Origin: Amoebidium appalachense
Lineage: Eukaryota > Protista > Ichthyosporea
NCBI GenBank assembly: GCA_963693365.1
Contig: CAVNZM010000002.1
Location: 13,487,615-13,551,614 of the forward strand
Direction: 5' to 3'
Length of the DNA: 64,000 nt
Shown here: piece by piece, positions 51,401 to 64,000 of the stretch
Numbering within the stretch: the stretch's first letter is position 1
How the letters are laid out: each line of letters opens with the position of its first letter
The notes under the pieces: generated by a model
Database searches by the model: none
What the model saw: the letters and a program-made list of their open reading frames with translations, nothing else
What the model was told of the DNA's origin: nothing
Made by a program: the position numbers and the translations under genes

Positions 51401-54400
51401 ACATCCTTCAGGCGCAGCTCCTCATGGATGGTCTCCATATCTCTAACAGGGTCGACCTCACCGTCCACGTGGGTGACGTCTTTGCTGTCAAATGCGCCTA
51501 TGTGCGGTCAAGGAAAATATGCGGTGCAGGGTGTATGCTGCAAAGACTAAACATGTAGAAATGAGCATGCGCTCGGCAGTGCAACACAGTTGGCAATTTG
51601 AAACACATAACATGCCCCCTCCCCACCCGCCCCCTCCCCTTCCCCCCACTAACACAGACACTCCCAAAATCGTCGTGTAATATCTCACACCTATGGCCTG
51701 CAGAACCATCCGCCCATGTGACCAACCCCATTAACCCCCCCCCCCCCCTCCCCCCCTCCCCCCACCACCACACGCACACACTATACCCTCCCCCTCCAAC
51801 ATACACACACATACATGACACATGTCCACTCCACACATACCAGCACCACTGACAGCCTCAGTCCCCAAAAACAAAAACAAAAAGATATTTTTTCTTCGTT
51901 TTTTTGGATACGGACCATGTGGAGAATGCCATCCACACCGCTGATGTGCGACAAGAAAGCGTTGCCCAGACCGGCACCCTCGCTTGCGCCCTGCCCCAGA
52001 GAAAGTCAGTACAACACCCGTTGGTTCAATTTTTGTTTTTCGTTCACCTGAGTGTCCCCAGGCAACGTCAGCACTACACCCTTTACTTTTCCCTACTTGG
52101 TTGTTCAGTCACCTGCAACGGGTTCCTATTTATACGAAACATACATAAAGAAGCTATTTATCAATTGATTTTCGCGTGCATGGATTGCTTTAACAACATT
52201 CACAGCTCTGTGACTTTCTCTAGAGAGGTGCAAAAAGGGGCAAGAGGGAAGTGGGGGTGAAGGTCTGTGTGTGTGTGGGGGGGGGGGGGGGAGGGAGATG
52301 AGGGGGAGGGGGAGGAGGGAAGGGAGGGTAAAACGGAGACGGTAGTCGACATTCAGCAAGAAGTTTGAGAGTTTGAGGAGAGGTTGGAGGGGGGGGAGAG
52401 GGGGGGGGGGGGGTTTGAATGCGTCAAAAAGTACGAAGTACACAAGAACAAACGGATAACACAATGCAGAATGCAAGCCATACATAAACAGTATGCAAAA
52501 TAAGCAGAGCCCATCCTCAGGGGGGGCCACCCCATCATCCACAGTACCCGAGTTTCGACCTATTCACCTCGTTAACGAAACCCAACTCAGATGCTGTTTC
52601 ACTTGAACATGGGTAGGTCACCCGTCTTGATCAGAGACGAGCAGGGTTGCTTATGCAGGCAAGGGCAGTGGGAAAGGCCGGGGGTTAAAGTTGCAGCAGT
52701 AAGCAGAAGCAAGAAAAATATAGAAGGGGAGGACAGTCAGGAACCCCCAGACGATTGCATTGCCTGCGAATCGAACATGGAAAAGGCAGTGTATATTGTT
52801 AACTGTGCCATGTGCTGGGTCATTCTAACAAAAGGCAGGCACTTGCAACTACACACACATGGGATTTCTCAATGGGGGTTCCTGTGTGTGTGTGGTGTGT
52901 GCGTGTGTGCATGTGCATGTGCACATGTCCGTGTGTGTGTGTGTGTGCACGGGCTCCAAACCCACCTTGACCAGGCCGGCAATATCTACTACGTTCAAAA
53001 AGGCCGGCACCTTGGATGCTGGCTGAAGGGCAAATTGTTACGTCAATATATACCCCTCAGCCCACAAAACATTCAACCCCCCCCCCCCCCCAAAAAAAAA
53101 AGCACCTTGACCCTCTGGGTACCACACAAAACACACACACACACACACACGCAAACACTAACATACACCCATACAACAACCCCCCCCCTCCTTCACCTGA
53201 AAGCTCATTCAAAGACGGTGTTTGCATTTCAATCCGAAGTCACGTGGTATGTGTATCAGAATCAAGTAGATTACTATATTTGGCTCATATCATGAAATGC
53301 TATTTCATTGGTGCTCTACGTACCTTCCAGTGCTCGACCAGCCAATCAAATCGCTCATCTGGCACGGGGCACCTGCTCTCGTTGGGGTCTGTGGGTGCCG
53401 GAGGGGGGGGGGGGGGGGGAAGGGAGGTTAGAATGTGTAATGGAATACGATGTACAAAATCACAACGGGCAGCACAATGCAAAGTGTAAACCAAGCAAAA
53501 AGAGTATGCATAATGCGTAGAGTCCATCCTCCGGAGGGCGGGGGGAAGGGGGGGGGGGGTATGTGTGTGTGTGTGTATGTATTGACGGAGGGTGTTTCTG
53601 ATACATGGGTGTGTATGTGTTTCGTGTCTGGGTGCAAGTTTGTGTGATGGATGGTAGTGGTGTGTGTGTGTCAGGGGCGAGGGGGGGGGGGGCCAGATTG
53701 CGGTGCACAGTACATTGTACGAGCACATTACATACGTTCACACACAGGGGATGGGGGGATGGGGGGAGGGCGGTGAGAACGACGTTTGAAGAGAGGGATA
53801 TGGGTAAGGGCAAGTGTCATGGGACAAGCAATGGTGGCCCCCATGCACAAAACCATCACATTACAGAACTAGTCTCACTTTAGATAGATTTACACAGCCC
53901 CCTATATAGGTCCAACCCAAGTTCCTGCCAGTGTAGCATACGCGTACGCACACAGAGACACTAACCCCAGAACGAGCACACACAGACACACAAGAAAAAA
54001 ACCCACCGATGGTGCAGAAGGGGTAGTTCTCAGCAGCAGCCGACTGCTGGCACAGAACGTTGAAGAATGTCGATTTTCTGCGTGGGAAATTGAGGCAAGA
54101 GTGGAATCGAGGGGGGGGGGGGGGGAGGGAAGGAAGGGAGGAGTTTTTTTTGTTTTTTTTGGTTTGGTGGGGGGGGGGGGGGGGGGGGGGGGGGGAGGGG
54201 GGGAGGGAGGGTGGTCAGAGTCCACCCCGGGAATGCCCATGGCAGTAACACACCACAGAAAAGTATAAACACCCCATCACAGGCACCGGCCTGGGTGAAA
54301 ATCATTGTCCCGGGCTCCTTTCTCCCCCCTCCCTCCCCCCCCCCCCCCCCCCCCCCAAAATGTCCTACCGGTTCCCCCCCCGGTCTTTGTCTGGTTGCCT

Positions 54401-54757
54401 ATTGTCTTCTTTGTGTATTGGAAACTCCTTCCCCCCCCCCACCCCCCCCCCCCCACTACCCCTCCCAGGGGAAAAAAACCCCGGACCTTGCCGCACTCTC
54501 GTTTCTCCGGTGTGTAAGCGTGCACATGTGTCTAGTATGCCGACGTGTGCGCGTAGTTGTGAGCTTGTATGCCTGTGTATATGCATGTATATTTCCCAAC
54601 CAAACTACAAACACCCTGTTTGCAAGAAGTGGCGTTAACACGTGTGCGCGGGCACTCACCCGACGTTGGGAATGCCCACGATACCGACTTTAAGCGAGGT
54701 ACCAAAGCGACCAAGCAGAGGCTTGGGCTCGGCAACTTCCTTCTTTTTTGGTGGCAT
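45677..54757 (-). CDS. OLA1: Obg-like ATPase 1 (YchF family), about 14 coding exons
   Basis: MPPKK...[10 protein letters not shown]|KSTFFNVL...AENYPFCTI|[17 protein letters not shown]|VVDIAGLVK|[16 protein letters not shown]|...[11 protein letters not shown]...|[12 protein letters not shown]|...[18 protein letters not shown]|[21 protein letters not shown]|...HDGDIIFFK|[10 protein letters not shown], with GT-AG introns. Confidence 0.97.
52414..52664 (-). ncRNA. Unidentified structured RNA-like element, copy B (OLA1 intron)
   Basis: Minus strand GCATAAGCAACCCTGCTCGTCTCTGATCAAGACGGGTGACCTACCCATGTTCA...GGTCGAAACTCGGG...CCCTGAGGATGGGCTCTGCTTAT...GTACTTCGTAC...CGCATTCAAA, matching 16508-16790. Confidence 0.6.
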
Positions 54758-54850
54758 GTTGGGAGTATAAACCTGCAGGAAAAAACCTGAGATACAACCC
54801 TTAGCCGGTAAGAAACTGAAGAGCACGCGGGAGAGAGAAAGAATATATTG

Positions 54851-54927
54851 GGTCATCAGTCAGTACGAATACAGTTGGGCAGACATTGGCCGGAGCCTCC
54901 GGCCGCAGAAAGATGCATCACTTGACC
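54851..54927 (-). ncRNA. SNORD41: Box C/D snoRNA, SNORD41 (U41)-like, copy 1
   Basis: Terminal stem GGTCA/TGACC, C-like box GTGATGC and D box CTGA. Guide TGTATTCGTACTGA is complementary to LSU rRNA TCAGTACGAATACA; recalled human SNORD41 has GTATTCGTACTGGCTGA. Lies in an OLA1 5'-UTR intron. Confidence 0.85.
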
Positions 54928-55323
54928 ATAAGGTAACAAATCTTAGCAGTTATGGTTTACGGAAAAGAAAAAACAGGGGGTGCATGGCTCACAGTACAGA
55001 TCAACACGTAAACAAGATCTATCTTCATAAATCGTGCAACCACGTATGTGCAAGCATAAAAACACACACACGTGCACGCACGCGCACACACGTGTACACG
55101 AACGAAGCTAAACCCAAACAACAGCCAAAAACCGGCGGAACCACACCACCTCCCACTGTCTACGTATTCTCTTGGTGCAATAACCGTCAGACACAACACA
55201 AAAACTTACCGTCGAGCGTCTGACGGAATATTATCTCTCTCCTTGCACCTGTAGCATAAAAAGAGGCGAAAGTCAGGCAAGTGAACAGGTACTGCAGAAA
55301 AGAAATAACCAAGCTAAGCTATA

Positions 55324-55397
55324 CCGTCAGTCAGTACGAATACATGTTGCGCAGACACTGGCCGAAGCCTCCTGCACAGAAAAATAACATCAAGCGG
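55324..55397 (-). ncRNA. SNORD41: Box C/D snoRNA, SNORD41 (U41)-like, copy 2
   Basis: Terminal CCG/CGG, C-like box TTGATGT, same guide plus CTGA. Lies in the preceding 5'-UTR intron, with a non-coding exon at ~55210-55248 between the copies. Confidence 0.8.
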
Positions 55398-56430
55398 CAT
55401 AAATGCTACACAAGTTGCTGAAAGCCGAGCCAAAAACTTGAAAATAATCCACCGGCCCTTTCTTCCTTGTGCATATACATTCCGGGATCGGGATCTCCGG
55501 GATGGCATAAGGAGCCAAAACAAGCCAAAGGCCCCCCGCATTCTGCTCACGAACCAAAAACGTTCCCTCGTACATTTCTCCTTTATGCAAAAGCATACTT
55601 TGTCTCTTCATCTAGTCCCCAAAGTCCCATTTCTTTACACTTACTCTGTGAGCGTTTGTGAGGCAGCCTCGCGAAAACAGCCTCGTTTTGTCTTGGCCAA
55701 CATGAAAAATATCGGCATTTCGTACCCATGATCCGCACACTAGCTACAAGGCCGTTCATATCCTTATTTGGTTATTCATTATGAAAAGACCAATGAAATC
55801 CATGTTTGTTTTTGTGCAGGACCACCACGTGACAAACGCCGACACTCGAGATCACACTTCGTTGAAGAGCCTCGCAGGCTGTTTCCAGCTTTGAACTTGA
55901 AGCTTGTGTGTATGCCATTGTGTTTTTGTCTGTGTGGGTGTACACATGACCATGCGGTATCATAGTCGGTGTTCACGTATGCAGTATGCGCGAACGAAAA
56001 TAAACTGCACGAACACCTATACCCTTGATTCTTTTCGCGGTGCTTTCAAGTCCCCTACAGTATTTGAATTTTCCGAACCTGTATCCCCGCATTATGTTTA
56101 AATATGCAGCATTGCCCAAAGGTAGAGACGGCTGGCAGTTTCAATGCACGTACGGCCTTACTTCACCGCTCGGTAGCATTCTGAAAACACTCACAGTCAA
56201 TTGCTACGTTTCCTTTACACTCCGTATTTTCCTCACATCGAATGGGTGATGGGGAGGCGAGTTGAACTCACAGATGCCCTGTGGGCTCAACTCAAGGATG
56301 GGGTTGATTTGGGGTGTAGTAGGGGAGCTACTGGAAGCGGTAGACTGACCTGTGGGCAAGGCGACACCAAAACCCAAAGGGTGGCATGGGAGAGGGTAGA
56401 GCACGGATCCCAGATCTGATAACGAGGGCT

Positions 56431-56577
<147 letters not shown>

Positions 56578-57197
56578 ATTGCGGTGTGGGGCATCTTGGG
56601 GAGGGGGGGAGGGGGTGGTGGTGGTGGGAGGGGAAGGGAAGATAGTGGCGGTGGGCGGTCCGGGGGTGGGGGGTGGGGAGGGGGGGAGGAGGAAGGGTGG
56701 GTGGGTGGGTTTGGGGGGGGTGGAGGGGGGGAAGGGGGGAGGCGGGGGGGGCGCGTTTTCAAGCGGACTCAAGAAAACATCCTGAGTGTCACTGCGTAAG
56801 ACCTCACTTCTAAGGAATTAGCAGTAGTACATCAGCAAGCACATTTTTGCACGTTACAGGAAAAAACTCAAAATTCGTTTCAGAAAAAACTCAAAACGCA
56901 ACCTGGTAAAAAGCACTAAAAACAATGCCGACAGCACACATGCAAGGAGCAAGCTAGTTGTGCTAGCGCCCCTAACGCACATCTGCAACCGGACGCTACA
57001 TCTCTCATCGACCTCTCGTTACGCAGCCTGTCTGGTGGAGTGAGCCCGTGATAGCTCTTGTATGTATTTCGGACACCTGTATGTTCAACCGAAACCAACA
57101 CGTACAGCATCCTTACTCGTCAGCACACACACACACCCACACGTGCGCACACGCACGCGTACAGAACCCTTTGAGACTTTCCCTCGGGGCCCTCCCC

Positions 57198-57318
57198 CTA
57201 CCACCTACTGAGGCGGTGTCTCCTTTCTTTTTTTTTTTTTTTTTTTTTTACTTAAAAGGGACGCCTGAGTAGATGTTAAAACGTCGCACGTGCGGCAACA
57301 CGTCAGTACGTGTTAGGC
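57198..57318 (-). repeat. Third, inverted copy of the ~115-bp dispersed repeat
   Basis: Reverse complement of the 25075-25197 unit. Confidence 0.85.
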
Positions 57319-58575
57319 CCTCCCCCCTCACTCGCCCGCGCCGGTCCAGCTGGCCGCGCGCGCGCGGCGCCAAGCCCATGGTGACGTCACATGGTTGCCT
57401 TGTGACCACAAGAAAATTCCACAGGCCATCGCCATAAACCATATTTCATGATATATTACCGTAATTTTTTGGGATACACCCGAATCGTCAAGAGCAGATT
57501 CGGAAAACTATTTACAACTACAGGATGGCACGAAATTTGGTTTAGGGGCCATGTAACCCCCCGATGTTTTTTGGTCATGATCGCTGCCTTCTGTCTTGCA
57601 ACCAGTTCCAAAGGGCCTTTTGTTCCAGCTGTGAGCGTGATTTTTTTTCAAGCAGTTATTGGTTTTTCTAGTGAGGGGTTGGAAAGGTTCTGGTTGTCAC
57701 TGCAGACGGTGTACGTCTCTCCAGCTTTTAAATTTTCCGGTCTTCTAGTTATATACTGGTAAGTCCATAGGCTTTTTGCAGGGGTGCCGTCATTTGTGAA
57801 CGTCTTTCATTGTTCCTGCCGGGTTCTGCCTGTGCTGTCTGAGTGGTGGGTGTGCACGTGCGCTTATTCGCCGTGTAAGCCTAACTTTCTTACGAATTTC
57901 TGACTGCGTGGCTGCAAGTGATGTGCTTGGGTGTCTTCAAAACGTTTTGCGTTCACAGGTTTCATGCTTGTTTGTAGCTAGTCATCAGTGGTGAGCAGGG
58001 GGAGCATTGGAAGGCATGTGAGAAGTTGGCGGCCACACGACTGTAAGCGCCGAGGTTGAGCAGGTTTTCCGGTTCATGTAACAGCAGAGTTGTGTTCCCC
58101 CAGCGCACTTTCTACTTTATTGAGTCTGCAGAACTTTTGATCCTAATTGGTACTTGGGCGGTGGGAGCCGTCTCCTCATTTTTGAGGGGGGGCAAGGGCA
58201 GTAGGGTTGGATATAAGAAGAGCGAGAGGAGGCTATCGGGGTTGGATCCTGGTAGAGGAGGTTGTTTTGATGGGAGAGAGTGGCGGGGGATAATGTAGGG
58301 AGGTTCAAGCACACAACGCAAACAGGCCCGCTCCTGGTTGTCAGGAATCTGTGGGCTGGTGTTAACGATATTAGTGGGTTATAGGTAAAATATGGGCAAT
58401 AACTATTAAATCGACGTTGGGTTTTGCTGTAGTGTTGGTGTTGTTGTACCGTTGTTTCTTGCGCTGACGGGGTCTCCTGAGCCGTGTGTATGCTCACGAA
58501 GAGGAAGGTATATGTGTTGGATAAGGGAATATGTTGAATTGCACGAGGTTGTGATGTTAGTTCAAGAAACGATAA

Positions 58576-59628
<1,053 letters not shown>

Positions 59629-62339
59629 GTGTCCCCTTCCCCCTCCCCTCCCCCCCCCCCCCCCCCCCCAAACACACACACAAAGCACACACACACCACC
59701 ACCGCAATCACAATCACAATGACAACCACAACCACCACCCTCTACACACACACACACACACCCTTCCTCGACACTGCCTGTGCCCTCCCTCCGAACTCTC
59801 TCGAATACACCCACATGCCAAAGCCACCAGGTCTTGTGTGGGAAACCAAATCGCATGCTACACTTTCAACTCACCTCCACCTTCTTCAGATCAACCATGC
59901 ACCTATCTACTTGTTTCAGTAGGCAAGGTTCTGATATAGACCCCCCCCCCCAAAAAAAAACCCCTGGATTCGGACCTGCACTATTCTTTACTCTCCTTCA
60001 TGAACAACACTTTTAAATATCAGCGTGCACCCACGTGACTGCATGTGCAGTAAGACGTGTGGGATTTTGATGGTTTCTGGATGTGGAGTTAACAGCTATA
60101 AGATAGCTTTTTGTTTTCTTCTTATTTTTTTCGTGTTTGGATGTTTGCAAGGGAAGTTTGTGTGTGTGTTTGGGCGGGGGGGAGGGAGGTGGGTGGGTGT
60201 GTGTGTGGGGGGGGTGCTGGATTAGTGGAGTTGTGCGTAAGACTTAGTGCTTATGAGCTGGGACTTGGTGATGGGTCTTGACGTGTTTATGACATTGCGT
60301 GCTAACGGACTGTGTTTTGCACCCACAGGGGCAGCTAGAGGCCTATATGTGACGACAAACGACCAATAGAAGTGTGCCTGCAGGCACACACCCCCAAGTT
60401 GTATGTTCCGGGTGTCTAGAGGGCGCCGACCTTGCGCTAGTAATAAAGAAAGAATGTACGTGTCATGCTGTGGCCCAGTTGTGCACGATTAGTGGCAAGG
60501 TCTGGTGTCGATATGTATGCCAGAGGCCAGGAAGGGTTGTGCGTGTGTGGGTGGGTGTTTTTTTTTTTTTTTGTGGGGGGGGGGGGGAGGGGGGCAAGCT
60601 CAATGGCTATGCCATATAGCTATCGCCCAGCCTCGGTCAGTGCGCTGGCCCCGGGAGCGAGCATGGTGTAGCCATTGAGCTCGTTTTTTTTGGGGGGGGG
60701 GGGGTCCGAGCTTACACAAAACACGAGCCATGGACACATCTTGGCCTTGCTACCTCATGTATGTAATGTCCAACAGGAAAAGCGATTATTTTTTGTGAAA
60801 TGTGATATTTGACTATCCCCTTTTCACCTTAAATTTCAGTGCTTTGAGTATGAGTTACTGTGGAGTGTTTCTCCATACAAAGAACATGCACGGTTAACGT
60901 TCTTCCCCCTGGCCGTTCGCCTGGCATGTTAATCTGTTGATGGCCAGCACGATACAGCCTTGGGTACGTGTGACAAGGCTTACCGCCGACGTCGACATGT
61001 GCAGCTAATGACACATAAGTTACACGACCTGCTCGAAAAAGTCACTGAGTACATAAACACCACCACGACCACGTATGTATGCATGCGCATGCCATCCTAC
61101 AGATGCTATTTACTATTACAGGGACCTCGGACGTCTAGACTCTATACATGAACACATGGGTGTTCATGTACAAAGTTGAACGTGAAGTACTAGTACTAGT
61201 GTGCTTGCTGCGTGACACTGCGCTCCTTCCGGGGGGGGAGGCTCGCTGAGAGAGGGAAAGAGTACGGAGCTCGGAGGGGGGGGGGGGGGGGGGGGATGGC
61301 CGGAGTCACCCTAATATTAGTTTTCACGTGTTTAGCAAAATGATTATGTAGTTCTTCCCCCTGGCCGTTTGCCTGCACGGTGTGGCCATGTTAAAATATC
61401 TCCTATTGAAGGCCAGCACGATACAGCTTCAGACCAGGGGTTTGTGCACACAAGGTTTGCCGCTGACAGCATGCATGCATATATATGTGCACACTGCAAG
61501 TCCGGGATGCATGTACATGCATGTACATCGATTTTGGAGGAAGCCGCTGCATATATCGGGCTGGGGTGTCTGACCTGATCTCAGAGTCGGGATTTTGTGT
61601 CTCAATACTTATAACGAATAGCAAACTAGCAACACATGTACATGTGCACCGTGATTTCATGAACGTTGGAGACCCAGGACAGAGGGCCAACCAGGGGGAT
61701 TTGTCTGGTGTCAGACCATATACTGCATGTGGCCAGGGCCGGCAGAACATGTATATATGCGGTGAAGACCAGCACTGAGTGATTCGCCAGTTTCTCATTT
61801 ACATTTTATCGCACATTAGTGGCCAGAAATCATAAGATTGGGTTTTAAGTTTAGTGCAAAATGATCTATGTACGTATGCATACGTGTACGTAGCATCAAA
61901 TTTTACTGGCAAAAACGGTTGAATTAAATTTCCTGGCAACCTTCCGCAGACCTGCTGGGTTGGTTATTCCTAAAGAAAACGATAAAACCCATGTTTAGAA
62001 TAACGTTACTTCTATGGTATTATAATTACCTTAGTGCTTTTTGCGTAATATTTCCTAAATGAGGTGCTAATGCACATAAAATCACTGATAAAGCATCAGA
62101 AAACCACGTGAATAAATACAAGAATTCCGATTACAGACATGCAGTGAGTAGGCATGGTCATTCTTGTAACAGTTGTTTCTACTCATCCAGATACACAGCA
62201 GTTGGCATGAAGCCTGCTGGTGACTAAATTACAAAATAGAAAATTCATCACAAACACACTTTAAGGTGTAATTAATGGTGGGCTGTAGAATACACATGGC
62301 CAGCCCGCGCCTACAATTAATGAAACACCAACCCTTACC

Positions 62340-62722
62340 CTAAAAGAGTGCAGAAGCACACACATACAATGCAATCATCAGGCCCATCACACCCTTTCCA
62401 ACCCTGCTTGCCGCACTCTGTGTAGGTGGTAAACCCACACGCTTTTGGTTATTTGGGAATAATTGCCGGGATTCATCCTGATCTCCCGTATCCGCTTCAT
62501 CCCCGTCCTGGCCTATGCCTAGGGCACCGGCCTCTCCCAGTATTTGCTGCTCACTCGGGGCATCTACAAGTACAAACCCTTCGTTGATGCTATGGTCTTT
62601 GAAACCTTGGAGGTCGAACGGTGTTGCGGCCAACTCAATGTCGCCACCATTTGTCTTGCCTGCGAAATCATGTAGGCGTTAGAAAACTACACGCTATCCT
62701 GTTCATGACCGTGGCTAACATC

Positions 62723-62809
<87 letters not shown>

Positions 62810-63389
62810 AAAAAAAAAAAAAAAAAACTCTCGCAGTGACACAAACAAACCAACAAGGAAACAAACATGCAATCATGCAATCACCCATTCACACACAGTC
62901 CACGAAAAAAAAAACCCAAAACTCCACAACTCACCAATCTTGCACGGCTCGGTGATATCCGGGACATCCGGGCACGCTATCCCCCTTGCCGTCATACAGT
63001 ACCGTGTACGCTGTTCCTCGTTACACGGCCCATACACGTGTACCCTCACCAATCCCAGCACACTCACCAACTCCTTCCATTCATCCGCCTTGCCCCCCTT
63101 TGCAACCGCATCTAAATCTGATCTTATGGCGTGTACTCCCTCCTTGCACATGCGCATACGATACATCACACACCCGCGGGATGCAAGGCCACCGGGCGAA
63201 CACGTTACGTCGCGCGCTTTAAGGTACTTGTTAAAGAGATCAGTGAAAAGTGTGTCGTTGCGTTGATCGCAGGGTATCCCCTGGACAAGTTCCAAATTAG
63301 GCAATGCGCAGACGGTGTCGGCGTCGGAGGTGCAGGGGCTGAGTTGGGTCTCACCTTCGAAGCACTTGCTGCAGCCTGTGTGTTGTGTG

Positions 63390-63430
<41 letters not shown>

Positions 63431-64000
63431 GTGTACATTCGGGGGGAAGGGGGGGTGGGAGGGAAAAGGGGGAGGGACGTAGGGTTAGCGAGTGTATGCA
63501 TTTCTGCAAAACCAGCCTTGTCATATCACTGTGCTCTTGATCGATGCAGCCCTCCTGATACGACCTTACCAGTGCCGATGAAGAGAATAACGCGCACTCA
63601 ATGCGGCATCCACAATCAAAAGTCGAGAGCAGAAACAGGTTTTTGAAAGGGAGGGAGCAAAGGGGGGCAAAGGGAGAGGGGAGGGCACAGGTGCTAATGG
63701 TGGTCGTGGTGGTGGGGGGCAGAGTTCCGGGAGTGAGGGGAGGTGGGATGAGGGTGAAGAGGGTGGGGGTGGTAACGGTAGAGGGGGGGGGGGAGGGGGG
63801 GAGGGTAGGGAGAGAGGGGGTAAGGAGACATACGTGTGCACACGGTGCGGTTGGGGTTGGGCAGAGTGTCCTTGAAGTACCCTTCACTGCACCTTGCACA
63901 TACGAGGCTGGTGGGGGTGCAGGTGATGTTGCCCGTACAATGTTCCACTGGCACGCACGTGCCGTTGGCATGCATGGTGGTGGTGCTGGTGGTTTTGTTG
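62340..64000 (-). CDS. 3' part of a Cys-rich surface protein with a TNFR-like repeat and GPI-anchor-type C-terminus
   Basis: Exons: >64000-63835 (CVPVEHC..CARCSEGYF..NRTVC); ~63376-62936 (CSKCFEGETQLSPCTSDADTVC plus a Cys-containing domain); ~62659-62340, ending SAAS-RVGKG-VMGLMIALYVCASALF*. Confidence 0.72.

Noticed and set aside
57381-57390. CRE palindrome GTGACGTCAC upstream of UBE2D
   Set aside because: Single short motif next to a repeat; function cannot be supported from sequence alone.

Overview
Intron-rich eukaryotic DNA, dense in (CA)/(TG) microsatellites and G/C/A homopolymers, so most long ORFs in the track are repeat artefacts. Gene content would fit a unicellular relative of animals such as an ichthyosporean, but this is only an inference. 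Left end: a decayed LINE RT fragment abutting a truncated Ty1/copia element. Spliced genes: CaMKK-like kinase (-), head-to-head TMEM160 homolog (+), disrupted EGF/mucin gene (+), a large single-pass surface protein with a fucolectin-like domain (+), OLA1/YchF (-), UBE2D/Ubc4 (+), and the 3' part of a probable GPI-anchored protein with a TNFR-like Cys repeat (-). An intronless, bacterial-like PL14 polysaccharide lyase lies at 27.4-28.1 kb. Non-coding highlights: (1) an unrecognised ~250-280 nt structured RNA-like element in two diverged, sense-oriented intronic copies (TMEM160, OLA1), with compensatory changes in several helices and a pseudoknot; (2) an intact 569-bp TRIM whose primer site matches the 5' end of tRNA-Ala; (3) two SNORD41-like C/D snoRNAs in OLA1 5'-UTR introns; (4) a 225-bp fold-back MITE inside a 3-copy tandem repeat. 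All exon boundaries, alignments and structures were derived by eye.
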